IMG/VR virus record: IMGVR_UViG_3300032288_004964
Location: 248,001 to 312,000 of that record
Length of the DNA: 64,000 bases
Reading direction: 5' to 3' (one strand)
Positions 55,084 to 64,000 of the stretch are shown here, piece after piece. The translations under genes and the position numbers were made by a program. Within the stretch, counting starts at the first letter, position 1. Each line of letters opens with the position of its first letter. The notes beneath the pieces are model-generated. The model worked only from the letters and a program-made list of their open reading frames with translations. It searched no databases and had not been told where the DNA came from.

Positions 55084-56173
55084 TTATTTAATAGTTGGAT
55101 CAGGTCTTTTTGGATCAGTTTTTGCACATGAGATGACAAAGGCTGGTAAAAAATGCCTTATAATTGAAAAAAGAAATCACATAGGTGGAAATTGCTATAC
55201 TGAAAATAAAGATGATATAAATATACACACTTATGGTCCTCATATTTTCCACACCAATGATAGGGGAATTTGGGAATGGATAAATCAATTTACTGAATTT
55301 CACAATTATAAACACTCTCCTAAAGTTTTTTATGATGGTAATATGTATTCTTTTCCAATTAATTTAATGACTCTACACCAACTATGGGGAGTTAAGACAC
55401 CAAAAGAAGCCGAAGATAAATTAAAAGAAGTTTCTATTCAAAATAGCAATCCCCAAAATTTAGAAGAGTGGATTCTATCTCAAGTAGGTGAAGATATTTA
55501 TAATACTTTTATTAAAGGATATACTCAAAAACAATGGAATAAAGATCCTAAAGATCTACCAACATCTATTATCAAAAGACTTCCTATTAGAACAAATTTT
55601 GATGATAACTATTTTTTTGATAAATATCAAGGAATACCTGTAGGTGGATACACTCAAATATTTGAAAAAATGTTAGAAGGTATAGAAGTTAGAACAGGTA
55701 TAGATTATTTTTCTGATAAAGAATATTATAATTCACTTGCTGAAAAAATAGTATTTACCGGTAAGGTAGATGAATTTTTTGATTATAGATTCGGTGAATT
55801 AGAATATAGATCTTTAAAATTTGTAAATCAAAAGATTGATATAGAAGATTATCAAGGATGTTCAATAGTTAATTATACAGATTATGAAATACCATACACT
55901 AGAATAACAGAACATAAACATTTTGAGGGGTCTAAATCAGATGTAACTTGGATTACCAAAGAATATCCTTTAGATTATAAAAGAGGTGAAACACCTTATT
56001 ATCCAATTAATGATGAAAAGAATAATACTATCTATAATAAGTATAAAGAATTATCTAAAGATTCTAATGTTATATTTGGTGGTAGATTATCCGAATATAA
56101 ATATTATGACATGCATCAAATAATTGGATCGGCTCTTACTAAAGCAAAAAAAGAATTATCAAATGAAAAATAA
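55070..56173 (+). CDS. glf: UDP-galactopyranose mutase
   Basis: VGSGLFG, HIGGNCY, YGPHIFHT, YQGIP, GRLSEYKYYDM. Confidence 0.95.
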   Translation: MKNYNYLIVGSGLFGSVFAHEMTKAGKKCLIIEKRNHIGGNCYTENKDDINIHTYGPHIFHTNDRGIWEWINQFTEFHNYKHSPKVFYDGNMYSFPINLMTLHQLWGVKTPKEAEDKLKEVSIQNSNPQNLEEWILSQVGEDIYNTFIKGYTQKQWNKDPKDLPTSIIKRLPIRTNFDDNYFFDKYQGIPVGGYTQIFEKMLEGIEVRTGIDYFSDKEYYNSLAEKIVFTGKVDEFFDYRFGELEYRSLKFVNQKIDIEDYQGCSIVNYTDYEIPYTRITEHKHFEGSKSDVTWITKEYPLDYKRGETPYYPINDEKNNTIYNKYKELSKDSNVIFGGRLSEYKYYDMHQIIGSALTKAKKELSNEK

Positions 56174-56384
56174 AACAGGAGCTGGTGGTGAAATTTATTC
56201 AAATAAAACCGCCGATAGATTAAGTAAAGATTATGGAATTGATGCAGCTGATGAGTTGAGTAAAATGTTATCTGAGCAAATTGCAAAAGAAATTGATAAA
56301 GAAATTCTAAAAAGTATGGGTATTTATAATAGAAATATAAGAAGAATGAATTCTATTAATAAGATATTTAAATCTTCTGAATAA
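56163..56384 (+). CDS. Small protein resembling a helix of the T4-like major capsid protein
   Basis: YGIDAADELSKMLSEQIAKEIDKEIL. Confidence 0.55.
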   Translation: MKNKTGAGGEIYSNKTADRLSKDYGIDAADELSKMLSEQIAKEIDKEILKSMGIYNRNIRRMNSINKIFKSSE

Positions 56385-56967
56385 TTGTAGGTAGTGATCC
56401 TAATTCTAAAACTTTTCTATTATCTAATAAGAACTCAATATCATAGAAGTTAAACATAAATGTCATTGTAAATTCTTTAGCATTTACTCTCATTTGTGAA
56501 TAGTTAAATGTATTATCAGATAAACCTTTAATTATTAATTGTTTGAAATTAAGTCTATAAATACCATCTCTATGTATATCAACACAAGTTATAGAAAATG
56601 GATGAACATAAAGTTCTTCAACATCTAAGTAGTGTTTTGTAACAATATCAAACATTAGCCAGTAGTTCAAATCAGAATCAACAGATCTAAATGTAACCGT
56701 TAGTTCTCTTGTTGTTATAATATCTTGAACATTCTTTGCTGGCTTGTAGTATTTTTCCTTACCTCTTGGATAAATTTGCTTAACAGATTCAAATCCAATT
56801 CCTGGAAAGTTAACAGACTTTATAGTAGAGTTAAGATAATCAATAATATTTTCATATTGAATATGATTCTTTTCTAAAATAGGAGCATATTGTGGTATAA
56901 TCTCCGCTGGTAAAAAATCTGAAGGAAGATTAAACACAAATTGACTATTCTGACTACTTAATCTCAT
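56368..56967 (-). CDS. Putative tail tube/tail-completion-like protein
   Basis: IKSVNFPGI...LTVTF...NY pattern of T4 gp19/gp3-like folds. Confidence 0.5.
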   Translation of the reverse strand: MRLSSQNSQFVFNLPSDFLPAEIIPQYAPILEKNHIQYENIIDYLNSTIKSVNFPGIGFESVKQIYPRGKEKYYKPAKNVQDIITTRELTVTFRSVDSDLNYWLMFDIVTKHYLDVEELYVHPFSITCVDIHRDGIYRLNFKQLIIKGLSDNTFNYSQMRVNAKEFTMTFMFNFYDIEFLLDNRKVLELGSLPTIIQKI

Positions 56968-56971
56968 TTAT

Positions 56972-58807
56972 TTATCCGCCATTATTTTTTGTGTTAGGAT
57001 TAGCTGTAGTTGTACTTAATACTTTCTTTCTTGTTACAATTGCAGTTTCCTGTTTAGTATTTGGATCATCAATAATTCTAGGATTATCAGATATAGTTGA
57101 TATAGTTGGTATATTTTGATTTAAATCATTAACATTGCTATTAGAATCATACATTTTATATAATCCAGTATAGATAACGGTAGTTACATCATCAGTTGTT
57201 GTTGTAATATAAAATACATTAATTCCACTTTCATATATTTTTCTAATATCTGGAATTTTATTTTTAGCTATTTTGAATACAACTTGGCCAAGTGCTAAAT
57301 TATTTTCAGCATCTCTATAAATAGGAACACTAACATCAATTGTTGGATTTTTAAATTCCATCTTAATATCATTCATATTACTCATATCTAAATACTGAAT
57401 TTGAGATGTTGTGTCAGAAGTTCCTGTAAAGTCAATAGCGATTACAAAATTGATTATATTATCAAATGGAAATACATTTATTAATAACTTACCTATTCCG
57501 TAATATTTATTTTTTTGAAATACTACATTATCTGATTTTCCAATAATATATGTTCTATCTATCATAACTGGGAAAGGAACTTTAATTGTAGACACATTTA
57601 TATTGTTTCCATTGCCCATACCCATACCATTACCCATTCCAAGTCCCGAATTAGCATCTCCGAATCCTGAACCAGATCTAGTATTATAGATTTTAGGCTT
57701 ATTAGCATTTCTTAAATTAATTTTAGAAAGGTTTAAACTATATTTTGATACTTCATCTTGTAACATACCATATGAAGCCATTCTAACTATATAAGAGTCA
57801 TCTACAGCGTCTATCAAACGCATTTCAACATCTATTATAGCTGTAGTTGTTGAATACTTTATAATAGGTCTATATTCTATTTTTTCATTAAAGTCATCAC
57901 TTACTATAACCTTCATTGATTTACCTTTAATATTTTGCTCATATAAAGTAATTGTATATTCTAAATAATATCTATTACCAAGAGCTACCGAATTATCTAA
58001 AAATAGTTTTAATTCAGCAATTGTATCATTATATGTTCCATAAATTTCAAAAAAGTCACCATTTACAGAATGGTCAATTCTTAGACCTAATTGCTCAAAT
58101 TCTGGTGTTTGAGGTACAGTAACAGTTACTTTACTAGATAGTAGATAAGTTGTAACACTATTTAATGTTTGTGATTTATTAATAAAGTAAAAATCAATAA
58201 ATATAGGAGATGTTTGACTTAAACCTATACCACCTGTTAAGTTAGAGTTTATACTATTATTTTTTACAACACCATTAACTCTTTGATTTGCAATTTGATT
58301 AACTGCTGGTATTTCAATAGTTAAATTTTTACCCCATAGTTTTTCTTGAAAGAAAAGTGGTGGAGATGTATAGTTTAATAAGTAGGATTGATTAACATCT
58401 GATATGTCAAAATAAAAATTTGATAATTCATATAATTTTTTATTATCATATCCATATGTATAAACTTTAATATAAGCACCAATGTGTTCACCAAAAGTGT
58501 AATTAATAGGTAAATGTAACTTTATGGTATCATATCTAACTGGAATACCTGCTGAATAATCAGCATCTTTTAGAAATGAATAATAAGATGTGTCAACTTT
58601 TCCAAATTTATTGGTAACTGCATCAATTTTAAATAATTGATTTGTTTTAATATTACCAGTGGCACTTGCATCTCCTGATAGAAAAGAAGATATACTATCC
58701 TTTACATTAGATAGAATTTTATATTTCTCACTTATTAAATTACCATCATTATAAACATATTCTAATAGAACATCTCTATCTACCTTTGCAAATTTTGAAA
58801 TTTTCAT
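56972..58807 (-). CDS. Putative virion structural protein
   Basis: ORF track; beta-rich composition; context. Confidence 0.55.
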   Translation of the reverse strand: MKISKFAKVDRDVLLEYVYNDGNLISEKYKILSNVKDSISSFLSGDASATGNIKTNQLFKIDAVTNKFGKVDTSYYSFLKDADYSAGIPVRYDTIKLHLPINYTFGEHIGAYIKVYTYGYDNKKLYELSNFYFDISDVNQSYLLNYTSPPLFFQEKLWGKNLTIEIPAVNQIANQRVNGVVKNNSINSNLTGGIGLSQTSPIFIDFYFINKSQTLNSVTTYLLSSKVTVTVPQTPEFEQLGLRIDHSVNGDFFEIYGTYNDTIAELKLFLDNSVALGNRYYLEYTITLYEQNIKGKSMKVIVSDDFNEKIEYRPIIKYSTTTAIIDVEMRLIDAVDDSYIVRMASYGMLQDEVSKYSLNLSKINLRNANKPKIYNTRSGSGFGDANSGLGMGNGMGMGNGNNINVSTIKVPFPVMIDRTYIIGKSDNVVFQKNKYYGIGKLLINVFPFDNIINFVIAIDFTGTSDTTSQIQYLDMSNMNDIKMEFKNPTIDVSVPIYRDAENNLALGQVVFKIAKNKIPDIRKIYESGINVFYITTTTDDVTTVIYTGLYKMYDSNSNVNDLNQNIPTISTISDNPRIIDDPNTKQETAIVTRKKVLSTTTANPNTKNNGG

Positions 58808-58855
58808 TAAAGTGTATTCCTTTTGTAGTATATATAAAAAAGAAAAACCTTTCTA

Positions 58856-59245
58856 TTATGAAAGGTTTCTTTTTTTCAACTCATTTTGAATTATTGTTAG
58901 AATTTCTTCATTACTTAATTCAATATAGTTTAACTTTATTTGGTCATATAAAGATTGCTCTTCTTTAACCAACTGCTGTATCTTATCATTAATTGGATCC
59001 ACCATTTTTTGAATCTTTTGAGTTTCTTCTTCTAATTCAAAAATAAATTTTAGAGATTTCTGCTTTGTCTCATCTTCTGTTAGATTGTCAATATTCTTAA
59101 TAATATCCTCTAACCCACCAATTGTGTCTTCAACTTTATTTTTTAGATTCTCAATTAACTTTTTATAGTTATTTGCGTCTCTGTTCAGAGAAAGATATTC
59201 TTTTCTAATGCCTACTGCTCTATCTATGAAAATTTGTGATATCAT
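58856..59245 (-). CDS. Coiled-coil hypothetical protein
   Basis: ORF track. Confidence 0.65.
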   Translation of the reverse strand: MISQIFIDRAVGIRKEYLSLNRDANNYKKLIENLKNKVEDTIGGLEDIIKNIDNLTEDETKQKSLKFIFELEEETQKIQKMVDPINDKIQQLVKEEQSLYDQIKLNYIELSNEEILTIIQNELKKRNLS

Positions 59246-60141
59246 TATCCTATTTCTTTTTTAGTTCTAACCTTTTTAGTTGTTTTTTTACCACCTTCAT
59301 TTATCATCTGTGGTTCCGAAATAATGACTTTAGCTGGATCAATCTGAATAGATTCTTTTTGTTCTACTTTAGTTTTAACTTCAGCACCGTAAACTAACTC
59401 TTTAATCTTTTGCTTAATCATATCTTCTATGATTTGTGGATTTTTAAGTAAGTTATCAGTAAATTCGGATGCCAAGAAATCAATAATACTTGTATTATAT
59501 GAATCTTCCATCATTTCAATAAAGTCAAGTCTAGGAATTTTATTTTTAATCTCAAGAGATATAGAAAATTCTTTAACTCTTTTAACATTTTTAAACATTG
59601 TAATAATAGGATCTTCAACTTTTGGTTGAACATATTGTTGAGGCTCATCTCTTCTAACTTCAACTCTTTGAACTTCTTCTTTAGGTTGAACTGGTAACTC
59701 ATTATCATCTCCTAAAATTTTAGCAAAAGCCTCATTTTGTTTATTGATAGAATTATTATTAGTATTAACTCCGTATTTTCTGGCCAATTCTGCTTTTTCA
59801 TCTTCTTCAGATGTCATAAATACAACTGGTTCATTCATAGCGGGTTTAAATGGATTGTTTAGACTACTACCATCTATACTAATAGATACTTCACCTGATA
59901 CATCATCTCTGATTTTATCAGCTGGTATGCTTTTAATTTTTTCTGCTAAGTTATTATAAGCACCTTGATTGTTGAAAAAATTACTTGGATCTATTTGTTC
60001 TGTATAGAAGTTTATATCCATTAACTTTTTAACATCAACTTTTTGTTTATTCTCAAGAATGGCAATATTTTCAAAAGATCCAATGACCTTTACTATTTCA
60101 CCTGTTTTATTATCCTTGAATGATTTATTTGATAAGTCCAT
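59245..60141 (-). CDS. Hypothetical protein
   Basis: ORF track. Confidence 0.65.
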   Translation of the reverse strand: MDLSNKSFKDNKTGEIVKVIGSFENIAILENKQKVDVKKLMDINFYTEQIDPSNFFNNQGAYNNLAEKIKSIPADKIRDDVSGEVSISIDGSSLNNPFKPAMNEPVVFMTSEEDEKAELARKYGVNTNNNSINKQNEAFAKILGDDNELPVQPKEEVQRVEVRRDEPQQYVQPKVEDPIITMFKNVKRVKEFSISLEIKNKIPRLDFIEMMEDSYNTSIIDFLASEFTDNLLKNPQIIEDMIKQKIKELVYGAEVKTKVEQKESIQIDPAKVIISEPQMINEGGKKTTKKVRTKKEIG

Positions 60142-60191
60142 ATTATTAAAAGTTTTTTATAATGGTTTATACTATAAAAAGTTATATTTGT

Positions 60192-60881
60192 TTAAGTATT
60201 ACCAGAATAAAAATTTACCTTACCTCGTTTAATATTTCTATTAATAATTGAATCCAGTGGTTGTAAATTTAAATAGTGATTTAGTCTAATTACATCCTCC
60301 TCACTAATCGCTGTGCATAATGGAATAATATGGTCTATATCCCAAACATACCCATGATTAGACCAATTCATGTTGTCTGTAAATTTACTCTCAAGGTGAT
60401 TTTTAAATTCTTCAATAGAACATCCAAGTATTTCAATAGTCTTATTACTTTTTAATAATCCTTTCTTCTTAAAAGATTGTCTAATTAGTTTTGATATTGA
60501 TGATTTTAGTTTGAATATAGGATCCGTTTTTCTACGGTTCCTTTGATATGTTGTCTTATACTTTGTTATCTTATCTTTATTCTTTTTTGTATGTTCGGAT
60601 TTATATTTTGCTACTTTTTCCTTATTATTAATGGAGTATTGTCTTTGATATTCTATTTTTTGATCACTATTAGACTCATAGTGTTCTTTTCTTTTCTTTA
60701 GTATATCTTCTCTATTTAAATAGTAATAATCAATTCCTGACTTTCTTAACTTTTCTATATTTTTTATTCTATAGTTTTTCTTATACTCTTTCATACATTC
60801 CTTACAAGAGTTTGTATTAGATACAAATAGAAGACTATCCTTTTCTATATTACACTTTATACATAATTTTTTTGTTATCAT
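60192..60881 (-). CDS. HNH-type homing endonuclease-like protein
   Basis: N-terminal CxxC pairs; WDIDHIIPL...LNHYLNLQPL. Confidence 0.75.
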   Translation of the reverse strand: MITKKLCIKCNIEKDSLLFVSNTNSCKECMKEYKKNYRIKNIEKLRKSGIDYYYLNREDILKKRKEHYESNSDQKIEYQRQYSINNKEKVAKYKSEHTKKNKDKITKYKTTYQRNRRKTDPIFKLKSSISKLIRQSFKKKGLLKSNKTIEILGCSIEEFKNHLESKFTDNMNWSNHGYVWDIDHIIPLCTAISEEDVIRLNHYLNLQPLDSIINRNIKRGKVNFYSGNT

Positions 60882-60958
60882 AAATTATATATTAAATAAA
60901 AATCCCTGAAAAATGACTTCTTCAGGGATTTATAAAATAAATATTTAAAAATATTCAA

Positions 60959-61930
60959 TTAAATATCTTTAAAAAAATCATCTTCTTCTTCAATAGCTGA
61001 TGATTTAGTTGTAGTTTTTTCTGCGAAGTTATCATCAAAATCAAAGTCATCAGATGATGGTTTTGTTTCAGCTTTAGCTCCTGAGAAAGAAGAAGAAGAC
61101 TTACCAGTTAAGAAATTTGTAATTTCTGTAATCTTAGATTGTTGTTCTTCTGTTAACTTCTTAGGTGAAAACTCTTCTAAATCGTGTTCACGATCCATTA
61201 AGAATTCTTTTACTTTACCTTGAACAGATGGGTCAATTTTACCTTCTACAAGTGGTGCATTTTTGAAAACACCTTTCTCTTTGAAATAAATCGGAAGAGA
61301 TGTAGCTTCTGGTTTGAACATACTCATCTTGTAATCAGGATAAGTTTCATCACCGGTTTGGATTTCTTTTACTACTAATACGAAGTCTTTACCTGAATCT
61401 AAAGAGAAAACATTACAACTTACTCCAGAGATTTCTCCGTTTCTTTCAGCTTGAATTTTATCTTTAATAGTTTTACCATATTGCATGATAAGGATTTTAC
61501 CAACTAATTCTGGTTGTTGTTCGTCTTCAATAACTAATACATAAGAGTAGTATTTCTTAGAATATTTTAATTGTTTTGACTTCTCAATTAAAATTGCATT
61601 TTTTGAATTTTGCATTGTGTAGTATAAGTCAGTCAAAGGACACTTCTCATTGAAGTTCTTTGGTGAATCAAACCATCCGCTTAATTCTTTTGGTTGTTTG
61701 ATATCAACATAGTGAGTAATTTTCTCAATAGCTGATTGTCCTACTTTACCATCTTTTGTTAAGTTAGGTAAAAATCTTACTACAGATCTCCAACCTCTTT
61801 TTTTGTCTTTCACTTTAGAAAGATCTACACGGTAGATACCGTCATTGTTTGTTGCCTTTTGTTCATTTAAGAAGTCCATTTTAGTGTCTAAACTGCCATT
61901 AAATAAATCATCGATTTCATTTGCTGCCAT
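60959..61930 (-). CDS. T4 gp32-like single-stranded DNA-binding protein
   Basis: VRFLP, KCP, YSYVLVIED...GK...YGKTIKDKI, GKDF, YPDY; acidic tail EEEDDFFKDI. Confidence 0.8.
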   Translation of the reverse strand: MAANEIDDLFNGSLDTKMDFLNEQKATNNDGIYRVDLSKVKDKKRGWRSVVRFLPNLTKDGKVGQSAIEKITHYVDIKQPKELSGWFDSPKNFNEKCPLTDLYYTMQNSKNAILIEKSKQLKYSKKYYSYVLVIEDEQQPELVGKILIMQYGKTIKDKIQAERNGEISGVSCNVFSLDSGKDFVLVVKEIQTGDETYPDYKMSMFKPEATSLPIYFKEKGVFKNAPLVEGKIDPSVQGKVKEFLMDREHDLEEFSPKKLTEEQQSKITEITNFLTGKSSSSFSGAKAETKPSSDDFDFDDNFAEKTTTKSSAIEEEDDFFKDI

Positions 61931-62046
61931 AATTGCTTTTTATTTTTTTGTTATATCAAATACTTTGTGTATCTGATTATTAGTTATATTAATTGTTTGT
62001 GAAAAAGTTTTAAGATTTGTTGTGTTATTTAAGAAATAATAGTATA

Positions 62047-62748
62047 TTATAAAAAATAATTAATCATTTCAGATGTTTTACCACCATTATTAAAAATCTT
62101 ACAAAGATTCTTATATTCTATATCATTTACTTTATAAAGTTGTAAATCAGCACCATATAAAGTATTAATATCACCTGTATTTTCGTCTAAATAATCTTCT
62201 GACCACATTGATGAGGTTGGTCTAAATCCAGTTACTTCATATAATCTTTTTAGACAATCTATAACTACTGGAAATTTATCTGGATTAAAAAGACCTAAAT
62301 TTAGATAGATAACTGAGTAACCAGGAATGGTATTATTTAATATATTCTCTTGTAGTCTTTCAAGATAACTCTTACCAGATCTATTTTTTGATTCTTCAAC
62401 CTCCGAAAAATAAACATCATTGTAGTTCTTACTAGCCAATTTAATCATATCATTTGATAAAGGTTTAGATAAATCAATAAACATATTTTTCCAAGTATCT
62501 TGAGTGGATTCACATTCTTTATTAATCCAATTCTCTTCAAAACTCATATCATAAAATAATTGATGTCTAATAGGTCTTGTTATATTATCAGTTGTAAAAA
62601 ATTGATATCCAGACTCATATAATTTACACTTAGATAGAGACTCCTCATCTGTTAAATCATAGAATAGTTCTTGAATATCCAATTCAGTCGGAAATTCAGA
62701 TTCGGTAATAACTGATTCAAATAACTTATATGTTTTTAAATATTTCAT
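62047..62748 (-). CDS. Hypothetical protein, MKYLKTYKLFES family
   Basis: ORF track. Confidence 0.7.
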   Translation of the reverse strand: MKYLKTYKLFESVITESEFPTELDIQELFYDLTDEESLSKCKLYESGYQFFTTDNITRPIRHQLFYDMSFEENWINKECESTQDTWKNMFIDLSKPLSNDMIKLASKNYNDVYFSEVEESKNRSGKSYLERLQENILNNTIPGYSVIYLNLGLFNPDKFPVVIDCLKRLYEVTGFRPTSSMWSEDYLDENTGDINTLYGADLQLYKVNDIEYKNLCKIFNNGGKTSEMINYFL

Positions 62749-62751
62749 AAT

Positions 62752-63198
62752 TTAATTTTTAAATTCAGCTCCAAATCCACATTCTACTCCAAAAACTCTA
62801 ACTTTAATTTCCACATATGATATTTTATAGTCTATCATATTGTATTCATCATCCATTAAATTTTCATTATTTATGACAACTTTTTCTTTTTGATTTACAT
62901 GATGTTTTCTTGGAATATAAATCTCCCAACTACATCTACTATCTTTTAAGTAATTATCAACTCTAAGAATAAATTCCTTAATTTCATTTATATCAAAGAG
63001 CTCTTTATATCCTCTAAACTTGTCTATTGTAATTCTAAACTCAGGATAATATCCAAAACTTTTATAATATGTATCTTCGGTATCTTCTACTTTTACTCTG
63101 AATCCAGTATCTTGAAATTCAAGAGACATATCTATAATATCATTTTTAATATTATCTCCTCTAGATTCAAATAACTTATATGTTTTTAAATGTTTCAT
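62752..63198 (-). CDS. Hypothetical protein, MKHLKTYKLFES family
   Basis: ORF track. Confidence 0.7.
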   Translation of the reverse strand: MKHLKTYKLFESRGDNIKNDIIDMSLEFQDTGFRVKVEDTEDTYYKSFGYYPEFRITIDKFRGYKELFDINEIKEFILRVDNYLKDSRCSWEIYIPRKHHVNQKEKVVINNENLMDDEYNMIDYKISYVEIKVRVFGVECGFGAEFKN

Positions 63199-63704
63199 AA
63201 TTTTATCATTAATCTAAAGTTTGTAAAAGAAATATAATCACCAATACCATCAAAATCTTCTTCTTTACTACAACCAGTTAAAAACTCTACGCCACTAGCA
63301 AAAAATCTTAAAGGTGATTTATCTTTATCGGTTCTATATTTAGTTTCTTTATCTATTGGGTCATAAATTGAATATGTTGAATAATACCATTCGGTTAAAC
63401 TAATAATACTATCTTTTATTTCATACCAAAAGAAAAGATTACCTGGATAACCACCTTGTGGATTAACAACTCCTGGTATTTCTCTATTTCCAGCACCCCA
63501 AGGTTTACTAATATAAACTTCTAAATAAATATCAGTTCTTGTCTTATTAAAGTATCTTTCTGGGTCAATCTCTACATCCTTTCTAATTCTACTAATGTTA
63601 ACTTGTAGACCGTTATCTTCCAATTCAAGAAGAATATCATTAACATAATTTTCAAGATCATCAATACTAGATTCAAATATTTTATATGTTTTTAAATATC
63701 TCAT
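63195..63704 (-). CDS. Hypothetical protein, MRYLKTYKIFES family
   Basis: ORF track. Confidence 0.7.
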   Translation of the reverse strand: MRYLKTYKIFESSIDDLENYVNDILLELEDNGLQVNISRIRKDVEIDPERYFNKTRTDIYLEVYISKPWGAGNREIPGVVNPQGGYPGNLFFWYEIKDSIISLTEWYYSTYSIYDPIDKETKYRTDKDKSPLRFFASGVEFLTGCSKEEDFDGIGDYISFTNFRLMIKL

Positions 63705-63705
63705 T

Positions 63706-64000
63706 TTACATTTTATATATTTTTATCATAATAAGACTAGCTTGTCTACCAATCAATTCTATATCTTTATGATCATCAAGATCAATCCATCTGCCATTCT
63801 CATAGAATAATTCAATGTATTCAGGGCCTGAAAATGATATGCTAATACCATATTCTTTTTCAGATATGTATTCTGATATTCTTTCTAATGTGTTTTTAAT
63901 ATTATCTGTTATATCAAATAAATGTGGCCATTTACCATGATCCGATTCTATATCAAAGTATCCTTCACCCCAATGTTTACAAGTTAGCCCTTCATCTTGG
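63706..64000 (-). CDS. Partial CDS entering from the right edge, probable paralog of the adjacent family
   Basis: Open frame QDEGLTCKHW...IKNTLERISEYI...KM* ending at TAA 63706-63708. Confidence 0.55.
   Translation of the reverse strand, partial: QDEGLTCKHWGEGYFDIESDHGKWPHLFDITDNIKNTLERISEYISEKEYGISISFSGPEYIELFYENGRWIDLDDHKDIELIGRQASLIMIKIYKM

Noticed and set aside
39389-56173. Bacterial chromosomal capsule/LPS locus
   Set aside because: It is flanked by phage neck/tail/gp32-like genes and lacks wzx/wzy/ABC export genes.
35205-59959. Short antisense ORFs inside mgtC, CYTH, clpC, the glycan genes and 59245..60141
   Set aside because: They lie largely or fully opposite better-supported genes.
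1-64000. Genome-wide stop-codon reassignment
   Set aside because: Long conserved genes are intact under the standard code and many end in TGA with ATGA coupling; only local in-frame TGAs were seen.

Overview
AT-rich segment of a large tailed (jumbo, T4-like module) bacteriophage genome. The host is most likely a Bacteroidota: there are repeated TTTG-N~20-TAnnTTTG promoters and A-rich starts without Shine-Dalgarno sites. The window holds the 5' part of a repeat-rich tail-fibre-like gene and about 40 tRNA or tRNA-like genes in five clusters. It also encodes GluRS, GlnRS, TilS, ClpC, a histidine kinase, a ~17 kb glycan-biosynthesis island, neck/tail-like genes, an HNH nuclease, a gp32-like SSB and a ~850-nt structured ncRNA (GOLLD-like). 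Main discovery: five short leader-peptide ORFs, missed by the ORF track, each followed by an intrinsic terminator with a competing antiterminator, sit in front of tRNA groups. The codon runs in each leader match the amino acids of the downstream tRNAs (YYYEE -> Tyr/Glu; IAIIAGGAG -> Ile/Ala/Gly; M/T/I/N/L/V/C/R -> the same eight; P/Q/D -> Asp/Pro/Gln; QQQQQ -> Gln tRNAs plus glnS). This looks like a ribosome-stalling attenuation system that induces only the phage tRNAs whose charged pools are depleted. Many tRNAs are also systematically remodelled (8-nt anticodon loops, A54/U58 T-loops, D-loop hairpins, Y-RNA-like fusions). All calls come from reading the sequence by eye; no searches or folding were run.
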